A stretch of DNA of 64,000 nucleotides, taken from the NCBI GenBank assembly GCA_044892525.1, contig CM097885.1, positions 184,512,001 through 184,576,000 on the forward strand, given 5' to 3'. Position numbers and translations under genes: made by a program. Numbering within the stretch: position 1 is the stretch's first letter; every line of letters starts with the position of its first letter. The DNA is from Schmidtea polychroa (taxonomy: Eukaryota). The notes below the pieces were generated by a model. It saw only the letters and a list, made by a program, of their open reading frames with translations, did no database searches and was not told the origin of the DNA. Of the stretch, positions 42,736-51,400 are shown piece after piece.

Positions 42736-45700
42736 AAACATCACAGAAAAGAAATTAAAGAAATTAGACAGAAACATTTGGTCAAACATGAAGTAATTGG
42801 AACAGAAATGGAGGAGTATTCGAGTTATCGGGACGATAACAATTCAAAGGGAGGAGGTAATGGAGGCTCTCGTGAGACATCTTCAAGATCAAATCAATCA
42901 CGAAAACAGAACTACAACAAAAAACCGAATCAGCAACAAAGAAAATCGAGATTCAAGGAATATCTTCCTCCATATGACCAATCAAAGGAAATCTATGTGA
43001 GAAAACAGTCCTCAGAAGGAGAATATGACAGTTCCGACCAAAAATTCGACATAAGGTCACCCAGATTCAAGAGAAGTCCAAGATACGTACAATTGCCAAC
43101 TTTGAGGAGTTTACCATCCGCACCAAACGAAGGGCGGGAACACTCGAGGGAAACAACACTCAGAACAGGACGACACCAATGGAAAATCGGTGAAGATACC
43201 ATATTTAATAATTTGACATGCTCAACATTGCCAGAATTACTTAAAGTGCACTATCCAAAGGAAGCGTTAGAGTCAATTAAAGCTAAATTCAAAGAGTATA
43301 ATCCTCAACTGAGTGATCCTGAATTACTGGAAGCAGAACAAACGAGGGCAAATACAATCGGTATATCGCACGATACTATCTTGATGGTCAACAACCCAGT
43401 GAACTTGGATAAAAAGCCAATGATAAAAATAAGAGTGAACCGACATACAGTTAATGCGGTGATAGACTCAGGAGCAGATGGTACCATAATTGAAGCTAAA
43501 TTGTTAAACCATCATGAACTGCAATCGCTAAAACCGGCAGGAGTAAAATTAACAGGAGCAAACGGATCCTCATTAAACGTAATAGGGTCATTATCATGCC
43601 AGATTAAGCTTTGTGACCAGGAGCTCCATCACGACATCATAGTGATGAGAAGTCTCCCAGCCGAATGTCTATTAGGTATGGACATCCTAAAAAGACTACG
43701 AGGAGTAGTATTCGATTGTGCATCTGGATTGTTAATCCGAGCACGAGGTAAAAAGAGAAAAATTTACAACGATGATACGGCTTATATAGATCATACAACT
43801 ATCATACCACCCAGAGCGGAAACAGTTTGCTTTGTAGCTACAAGCAATAATTGGGAAGGTGAAGTTGTATTCGAACCAAACGAAAAATTCTCGGAGAAAT
43901 ACAATATACCAGTAACGCATAGCGTAGGTTTAATAGTCAATGGCAGAATACCAATCAGGGTAGCCAATCTGGACATTAAACCACTTTACTTATATCCAGA
44001 TACCAGAGTGGGCAGAATCTGGAAACAAAACGAACCACAAGCTACGGGAGAAGGGTCAATACTCACCGTAAAGGCAGAAGAAAGAGATCCAGACATTGAG
44101 TACTACGATGCACCTACAGCAAACAGCAAAGTGCTAACTAGAAAAGAAAATATTCAAGTAAATATGTTATTGAGGAAATATGACCAGGTATTCGCGAAAC
44201 ATGAATATGATCTGGGAAAGACAAACTTGTTAGAACATGAGATTGTTCTCACCAATACAAAACCTATAAAGTTGAGGCCATACCGTATTCCATTCAGTCT
44301 GGAGGAATCAGTAGATAAACAGGTGAAACTGATGTTAAAACATGGCATAATCAGGCATAGTAAATCACCATATCAATCACCAATGATAGTGGTGGCCAAG
44401 AAGGATGGATCAGTACGATTATGTAACGACTATCGCATGGTTAACGAAGCAACATGCAAAGATAGCCATCCATTGCCATTGTTAGATTATATCTATGGAC
44501 GCATGAGAAACGCTAGGTTCTTCTCAGTAATGGACGCCCAAAAGGGATTTTATCAAATTAAGCTAAAAGATGAGACTATACCAATAACAGCGTTTTCTAC
44601 GAGTATGGGTCATTACGAATATAACGTAATGCCATTTGGACTCACCGGAGCTCCAGCCACATTTCAAAGAGCAATGAATTTGATGCTCATGGATGTACAT
44701 CATGCGATGGTATACATTGACGACGTTATAGTATTCTCGCCAAATTTGGAAAAACACTTGGAACATTTGGAAGATGTGTTCAAGAGGTTGATTAACGCCA
44801 ACATGAAAGTGAAACCGACCAAATGTAAATGGGCCGAACCAGAAGTGGTATATGTTGGCCATATCATATCACGAGACGGGGTTAAACCCGACCCAGCTAA
44901 TGTCGAAAAGGTAAAGAATTTCCCGGAGCCTAAAACCGTTAAACATATCAAAGGGTTTTTAGGTCTAGTTGGATACTACAGAAAATTCATTAGAAACTTT
45001 TCGGTTATAGCTTTTCCACTCACGCAGTTAGAAGGCAAAAATGTCAAATTTGTGTGGGGAACAGAACAGCAAGAAGCATTTGATATGCTCAAGGAAAAAC
45101 TCATCAAGCCACCTATATTGCGATTTCCAGACTTTGAGAGACAATTTTTGGTTATGACAGATGCCAGCACTCGGGGCATAGGTGCTGTGCTAGGTCAGAG
45201 AGATGACCTAGGAGATGAGTATGCAATTGCATACGCTAGCAGAGGATTAAAACCGCATGAAAGAAACTACGCAGTGATAGAACTAGAGGCTTTAGCAATT
45301 GTGTATGCTATAACCCAGTTTAGGACTTATCTATGGGGTCGAAAGATCATAGTGTATACCGATCATAGACCATTACAGTGGTTGACGAAACACACAATGG
45401 ATACATCAAAACTGGTCAGATGGGCATTAATTCTACAGCCATATGACATAGAAATCCATTATAGAAAAGGAGATCACAATGGAAATGCAGATGCTTTATC
45501 GAGAATGGACCAGGAGGAGGAGGCAGAAGATGTGAAGGAAGGACGTCTCGAAGGGACTATCTTCACACTGACTCGAGAAGCCAACCGGCTAGCTGATTTA
45601 ATGGAGGCACAAAAAGCTGACGAAGAAATCAATGTCATTCGACAAGCCTTAGAAGCGAAATACGTGCCCACAGAATTCACGAAATACTGGGAAAAGAATA

Positions 45701-47865
45701 AGGACAAGTTTGTGCTGGAGGAAGGATTAGTCAAATATTCAGATGTAAGAGACAATGTTGTAATGGTCCCTAAGAAATACCGTGAAGCACTCATGTTGCA
45801 GTATCACGATGGAGCCTTAGGAGGCCACCTGTCATCCAGAAAAACATTGTCAAGGTTAAAACAAAAATATTTTTGGCCCGGCATGAAACAAGAGGTTAAA
45901 ACCTGGTGTCAGACATGTAAGATCTGTATCACCAGAAGAAATACCGGAAAGAAACCACACGTGCCAATGAAGCCGATGCCAGTACCATCTACACCTATGG
46001 AAATGACGGCAATGGACGTGTTGGGGCCATTTAAAGAATCCAATAGCGGAAACAAGTACATCTTAGTGTTCTGTGACTACTTGACTAAGTGGCCAGAAGC
46101 CTACCCGATGCCTAATCACAAAGCTGATACGATAGCTAGAATTTTCGTTGAACAAATTGTCTTTAGGTATGGAGTACCTACGAAGCTATTAACGGATCGG
46201 GGAGCTGATTTCATGAGTAATTTGCTCAAAGGAATAAATGATTATTTCGGAGTTTTAAAGTTGAACACTTCCCCATATCACCCACAGACGGATGGGCTAG
46301 TAGAGCGATTTAATGGAACATTAGCTAATATGTTAGCATCATATGTAAATTCAGGGCAAACGGATTGGGATATCCACATTCCATCCTGTTTATTTGCATA
46401 TAGAAATGCAGTACACGAAGGAACAGGTGAAACACCATTTTACCTAATGTATTTGAGACAAAGTAAAATGCCAGTAGATCTGTTGTTTTTTCCTAAAGCA
46501 ACACAGTACTTGGATCAGCAAGATTATCTAATGGAAATGCGGGAAAGAATGCAGGAAGCATGGGCTAGAGCAGGCCTCAGTATAAAATATAATCAGGAGG
46601 CATCCAAAGATTATCATGACCGAAAAGCCAAGGATCATGGCATATTGGTTGGAGACCAGGTGATGTTGGAAAGTCATTATAACAAGAAAGGCTTATCACC
46701 AAAACTCATGCGCAATTTCAAAGGGCCATATGAGGTATTGAGAACCACAGACACAAATCTCATATTACAACTTGTAGCCAACAGAAAAGCAGAACCAATA
46801 ATGGTGCATGCTAATCGGTGTAAAAAGTGCGAAATCTCAACAAAAGGAATCTCTGGAAATTCAAAAGTAAGAGCACCAGAGAAACAAGTGAAACCAAACA
46901 CTACCGAAGAACCACAAGAACACCGATACCCATTGAGATCAAGGGGTGTCCCAAAATCGGTAACCTTTTTGCTGATAATAAGCTGTATGATGACTTTGGC
47001 AATGGCAAAAAGGGATAGAAAGGCCTATTTTCAGCCGATGGCTATGCAAGTGGAACACTTACATTTTATAAGAACGTATCATGGAATTAGCATACTCACA
47101 ACGTGCGATAATGCTACAAAGTTCAATTTACATTTCTACAACAAGTACTTACGGGTCCGCCAGCTCGATTCAGAAGAAAAAGAGTGGGAATTATATGACT
47201 TAAAAGCCGAGACGGATTATAAACTGCATATCGCAGCATCAAGGTTATATCGGAATGGTTGGTATACCTATCACGTATCAAATTGGATCCTACGGACGGC
47301 GGATTTCACAAATCGCATATCGATATCCTACGGAAGGGATAAAGTAAAGTTTAGTCAGCGAATTAACAGGGAGGAGAAGGTGAAAATCAGCATTCTAGAC
47401 GGATCAACCACGAGAGGAACATTATGGTTAGACCAGAACTCTCCCTCCCAAGAAAGGTATCTAAATCAGTCAGTAGAATATTCGGTTCTAGTTATATACT
47501 ATAGTCCGAGGAAACGGGAGGACGATAGGTGGTTCGAGGTATTCGAGGAGATATTACCTTTGAAACAGCCAGTAATAACGGAAATACCCCCAAAAGTAGT
47601 TAGAGAAAACATGGTGATACATCCCACGATGTGGCAACATCTTAGACAGTTGCCACCGATCAAACAAATATCTTGTCCAACGACTCCAAACTTGACAAAC
47701 TGTTGTGATTGTAATGCCATCACAAACTTTAATACAGGATATATCCTTAAAGTACCCATAGGGGTATGGATTACGGTATCAGCCGTCCTATCGCTAGTAA
47801 CTACACTGATAGCTATGGGTATTTGGACCAAGCTATATTTTAGACAAGCCATAAGGGCTTACTGA
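42541..47865 (+). CDS. pol: ORF2 of element 2: Env TM/tail + PR-RT-RNaseH-IN + C-terminal type I membrane protein
   Basis: VIDSGA (PR), YIDDV (RT), VMTDAS (RH), HDGALGGH..CQTC, MDVLG/TDRG/VERFNG (IN), FKGPYEV; then hydrophobic VTFLLIISCMMTLAMA, ectodomain and TM GVWITVSAVLSLVTTLIAMGIW. Confidence 0.95.
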   Translation: MMKIWGRFTNFGIFVAGCSGIYAIFVILKLIITQLMSTYSIFKIGGWSWKLLLGLCPMCAEFALFKHHRKEIKEIRQKHLVKHEVIGTEMEEYSSYRDDNNSKGGGNGGSRETSSRSNQSRKQNYNKKPNQQQRKSRFKEYLPPYDQSKEIYVRKQSSEGEYDSSDQKFDIRSPRFKRSPRYVQLPTLRSLPSAPNEGREHSRETTLRTGRHQWKIGEDTIFNNLTCSTLPELLKVHYPKEALESIKAKFKEYNPQLSDPELLEAEQTRANTIGISHDTILMVNNPVNLDKKPMIKIRVNRHTVNAVIDSGADGTIIEAKLLNHHELQSLKPAGVKLTGANGSSLNVIGSLSCQIKLCDQELHHDIIVMRSLPAECLLGMDILKRLRGVVFDCASGLLIRARGKKRKIYNDDTAYIDHTTIIPPRAETVCFVATSNNWEGEVVFEPNEKFSEKYNIPVTHSVGLIVNGRIPIRVANLDIKPLYLYPDTRVGRIWKQNEPQATGEGSILTVKAEERDPDIEYYDAPTANSKVLTRKENIQVNMLLRKYDQVFAKHEYDLGKTNLLEHEIVLTNTKPIKLRPYRIPFSLEESVDKQVKLMLKHGIIRHSKSPYQSPMIVVAKKDGSVRLCNDYRMVNEATCKDSHPLPLLDYIYGRMRNARFFSVMDAQKGFYQIKLKDETIPITAFSTSMGHYEYNVMPFGLTGAPATFQRAMNLMLMDVHHAMVYIDDVIVFSPNLEKHLEHLEDVFKRLINANMKVKPTKCKWAEPEVVYVGHIISRDGVKPDPANVEKVKNFPEPKTVKHIKGFLGLVGYYRKFIRNFSVIAFPLTQLEGKNVKFVWGTEQQEAFDMLKEKLIKPPILRFPDFERQFLVMTDASTRGIGAVLGQRDDLGDEYAIAYASRGLKPHERNYAVIELEALAIVYAITQFRTYLWGRKIIVYTDHRPLQWLTKHTMDTSKLVRWALILQPYDIEIHYRKGDHNGNADALSRMDQEEEAEDVKEGRLEGTIFTLTREANRLADLMEAQKADEEINVIRQALEAKYVPTEFTKYWEKNKDKFVLEEGLVKYSDVRDNVVMVPKKYREALMLQYHDGALGGHLSSRKTLSRLKQKYFWPGMKQEVKTWCQTCKICITRRNTGKKPHVPMKPMPVPSTPMEMTAMDVLGPFKESNSGNKYILVFCDYLTKWPEAYPMPNHKADTIARIFVEQIVFRYGVPTKLLTDRGADFMSNLLKGINDYFGVLKLNTSPYHPQTDGLVERFNGTLANMLASYVNSGQTDWDIHIPSCLFAYRNAVHEGTGETPFYLMYLRQSKMPVDLLFFPKATQYLDQQDYLMEMRERMQEAWARAGLSIKYNQEASKDYHDRKAKDHGILVGDQVMLESHYNKKGLSPKLMRNFKGPYEVLRTTDTNLILQLVANRKAEPIMVHANRCKKCEISTKGISGNSKVRAPEKQVKPNTTEEPQEHRYPLRSRGVPKSVTFLLIISCMMTLAMAKRDRKAYFQPMAMQVEHLHFIRTYHGISILTTCDNATKFNLHFYNKYLRVRQLDSEEKEWELYDLKAETDYKLHIAASRLYRNGWYTYHVSNWILRTADFTNRISISYGRDKVKFSQRINREEKVKISILDGSTTRGTLWLDQNSPSQERYLNQSVEYSVLVIYYSPRKREDDRWFEVFEEILPLKQPVITEIPPKVVRENMVIHPTMWQHLRQLPPIKQISCPTTPNLTNCCDCNAITNFNTGYILKVPIGVWITVSAVLSLVTTLIAMGIWTKLYFRQAIRAY

Positions 47866-48002
47866 TGTCGCAATTATGACAATTACAGACTCCCCCGAGG
47901 GAAAAATCATATATAAATATTTATATATATATTAAAATCTATATTTACGTAGAGCTCCAGGTAGCATTAAAATTCAGCATATGTAGATCTTTTAGAAGAC
48001 TC

Positions 48003-50165
48003 ATGCATATCTTTTTAGCCTATTATGGCATATCAGTATATCTGATATTATGGTTAATGATTTTTATTTCAGGAATGCAGAGCCACCCAATATCCCAATA
48101 TCAAGGAAAACATAGCATTATACGTGCTACAACCTTACTAAAAGAAAAACTTATTTATAAAAACCTGGAGAAGCAGGTTATGGAGCAAAGTAGAAAAGGC
48201 CAAAGGCACTGGTTTTACGGTCATTGTTCAGGCATACCCAATAATTTTAAATTTGACGAGGCCCCAAAGCGTCAAATGATCATCTCAAGAATCCCGGGTA
48301 AGCATAACGGTAGTATTAGGCTTACCGATGTCATGCCTGAGTTTGGCAGACATAGTCTGACCAACCACCTGTGGATACACGCCATTAACAAACCATTTAC
48401 GGTTTATGTTCCTGGCGCCACAAACCCCATTTTGCTGCAAAAGCACACAACCCTCGAGATAGAAAACGGGGATGGAAGGGAAAAGAACATCTCACTGTTA
48501 TGTGAAGGTATAGATACCATCATAGCAATGGAAATTCTGGAACCTCACAGAGAAACACAAACGAGATGGGTTAATGACCCAAACTGGACATATAATGTCA
48601 ACGATAACGACATTAAAACATTCAAGTCTTTCGTTAGACAGCGCATGGACCCTAGACAAGAGGATAACCTCACCATCTTCGTAGCAGCTCACTACGCTAC
48701 ATTACGACAATTTTTGAAACCGGCAATCGTGGCCATCTCGATCTCACACTTCAATGGTGATCTAATACTCAACACGAGAGTCACCCCCAGAGCACAGGTC
48801 AAACATTACCAATCGCATGCGCATGGTATGACCGAGAAACAAATAACAGGACAGTTCGACGGAGAAGACTGTGCCGAAAGAATTAGAAAAATCTGCGATG
48901 GGAAGATCATCGTGGGATTACTAGTAAAGGACCTATTAGAAGTAATCAGATTCCCAATGCAGCGCGCACTCGGAATTCGTGAGTTAGGCGCAGCTAAATG
49001 CCTCGAAAGTAGGGAACTAAAGAAATGCAACGGGTATTACCGTTTGGCATATCTAGCAAAAGCAGTCACCGGTAAAGAGGCACATCACTTCTCGGACCTA
49101 CAAACGGAGAATGATGTCACAACCATTAAGGAGATTTACGACAATTTACGAGACATCTGGGTTGATGACATTTCACCAGACACCCGGAAAGAGGTGGTGT
49201 CTTCACAAATAAAGCAGATGGAACCCGGAACCTCAAGCAGGCAGAAACCTCTAGCTATGGAGAGCTATGTGAAAGAAGATATCCCCAGGTCAAAGTTGTT
49301 GAAAATAGTGGAAGAAGATTCCTTGTCGCCGCCAGCCATTTCAATTGCTGATGAAGACGACTATGCCACTTGTGAGAGTGCAGACGATAACTGCCTCCAA
49401 GTCACCCTTACCAATGACGGTAGAGTGGTGAATTCGGCTAAAATGGAAATAGACAAACCACAGCCAGCAGAAAAGTTAGTTGAACGGGTCACCAAGATCC
49501 TGAAAGCATTGGCCCCGTTGGGTGAACCCAAACAAGGAGCAGAAGGAGGAACGTTACCCCAAGCTGTAGCACCATTACTTAAGCTACAAGATTTGAAGTT
49601 TAAAAAGAAAACAACGGAGAAACTCCCCCAGAAAGAGGACAAGGAGAAAACTGTCCCTATCTCCGCAAAAAGGAAAAAGGAGATTCCTAAGAGTACGAAA
49701 AAGAAAATGCCTAGGATATCCATCCAGGATGAGGATGACGATCTCCTAGAAACTCACTATCAGCCACCAGATCCCGCGTTGACCAAGATATTGGCAACAA
49801 AGAGTGAACCCACGATTACAGGAGAGCCGATCATCGTGAAGGAAGGCGAGTTCGTCGGAAGGGGCAACTCAATCAAAATACGGGAAGATCTCGACAGAGA
49901 AGATCCTAGTTGGTGGCAGAGACCCGACAGCAGATGGAAACCGCGTATCAAGGAATACGACGGAGGCCCAATCCATGAAGTAGCCGTATCCAATTTCCCC
50001 GATTACGGAGTATTGGAGGCTAATGAGGGCTCATATATCATCTCCTCAATTGTGTACAAAGAGGTAAGTACACGGGAGACTTTGGTGGTCAGTTACAGAC
50101 CTGACATTGTAGAACAAAGGATCCGTAACGAAAGTGCCAAGGTCATGAAAAGGAGAAAATACTAG
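48003..50165 (+). CDS. ORF3 of element 2: accessory protein with a DEDDh (ISG20/REX4-like) exonuclease-fold domain lacking catalytic residues; probable true start ATG 48075
   Basis: 720-codon intact ORF inside the LTRs; VAISISHFNGDLILNTRVTPRAQVKHYQSHAHGM..KIIVG aligns by eye with REX4/ISG20 ARVSIVN..G..LYD.YV.P...V.DYRT..SGI..RILVG. Confidence 0.7.
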   Translation: MHIFLAYYGISVYLILWLMIFISGMQSHPISQYQGKHSIIRATTLLKEKLIYKNLEKQVMEQSRKGQRHWFYGHCSGIPNNFKFDEAPKRQMIISRIPGKHNGSIRLTDVMPEFGRHSLTNHLWIHAINKPFTVYVPGATNPILLQKHTTLEIENGDGREKNISLLCEGIDTIIAMEILEPHRETQTRWVNDPNWTYNVNDNDIKTFKSFVRQRMDPRQEDNLTIFVAAHYATLRQFLKPAIVAISISHFNGDLILNTRVTPRAQVKHYQSHAHGMTEKQITGQFDGEDCAERIRKICDGKIIVGLLVKDLLEVIRFPMQRALGIRELGAAKCLESRELKKCNGYYRLAYLAKAVTGKEAHHFSDLQTENDVTTIKEIYDNLRDIWVDDISPDTRKEVVSSQIKQMEPGTSSRQKPLAMESYVKEDIPRSKLLKIVEEDSLSPPAISIADEDDYATCESADDNCLQVTLTNDGRVVNSAKMEIDKPQPAEKLVERVTKILKALAPLGEPKQGAEGGTLPQAVAPLLKLQDLKFKKKTTEKLPQKEDKEKTVPISAKRKKEIPKSTKKKMPRISIQDEDDDLLETHYQPPDPALTKILATKSEPTITGEPIIVKEGEFVGRGNSIKIREDLDREDPSWWQRPDSRWKPRIKEYDGGPIHEVAVSNFPDYGVLEANEGSYIISSIVYKEVSTRETLVVSYRPDIVEQRIRNESAKVMKRRKY

Positions 50166-51366
50166 CAATTCGGCTATGTGTTCAATGGACCTAGCAATTT
50201 GCTATACGTCCTCAATCCCAACACCTTCGACAACTCAATCCAATCCAGATATTCAAATTTATGAACAACATTTGATTAATCTGATTCTTGATTTTGTTTA
50301 ACAATTTTTGATTTTGACTTTGATTGCTTTATATATATTTTAATCAGTGATTCATTTTATTTATTTTTGTTTTTTGTATCGGCTGCAATTGTCTTATCTT
50401 TACCGCTTTAATTTTCGGGACGAAAATCTTGTTAGGGGGAAGACATGTTGGGGTTCAGTAGGAACCGGAAATGAACGTTCGAAATTAGATAATAAATAAA
50501 ATAATAATTAATTACCAAAATTAGGATTAAAATAAAAATAGTATTTTAAAATTACCAAAAATAGAAAGTAAATACTAAAATTAAAACTAAAATATAATTG
50601 GTAATAAATAATTACTAAAAATAGAATTATAGAAATTATTTAAAATATATAATAAAAATAGTAATTAAACAATTACTATTAATAGAATTACGTAAAATAA
50701 ATTAGTATAAATAATAGATAAAAATTAGAAGGAAGGACGAAGTGAGAAGGCAGAAAACCGCAGTGTCTGAAATTAGAGAAGAAGAAGTCAATTCTATTTT
50801 TAGCAACCAACTAATTCTCGTCAAGTTTTGGAATTTTGGGAAATTTGGTTTTATCGTAAACTAATTTTCGGCGAAGTGACAGTTGGCATAATTTTCATCG
50901 ATTAAAGGAAAATTTAGTTTTGGAATTTTGGGAATTTAGTCTTATCGACAATCTAATTGAAGAATTTGTATTGGAAATATTGGATCGAAAGCTAATTTTG
51001 TGGATTATCTATTATAACGTTATTTGGTAAAGATATTAAATCAGTTAGTATTTATCATTATTTAAATAGTTATAAGTAATTTTCAAATCGGTTTATATTT
51101 TAACAAATTAAAGTAATTTCAAATAAGGGATATCATAACGTCAGCACGTATTTTTGTGTTGTGTCGTTATCAATAATTATTTGAAAAGAGTTAACCAATT
51201 TCTGGGTTAACTCTATAGCGAAAATTTTGGTGATTGTCCCGTTCTCTTTTTCCTTTCACCTATATCGGGCTGTTGGCGCATTTAGGGCCAGCCTTGATAC
51301 TTAGTAACACTCTTCAGGGCGGTTTGAATAACCGTTTTCTATACTTAGAGAAAGCAGCGTGGTGTA

Positions 51367-51400
<34 letters not shown>

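Noticed and set aside
48003-48074. Hydrophobic N-terminus of ORF3 as a signal peptide
   Set aside because: It coincides with a pyrimidine-rich acceptor region ending at 48072, so it is probably intronic; the rest of ORF3 looks cytosolic or nuclear
38265-50000. Many short antisense and alternate-frame ORFs within elements 1 and 2 and within ABCC exons (e.g. 7138-7404, 12020-12271)
   Set aside because: Expected shadows of long coding frames; no independent motifs
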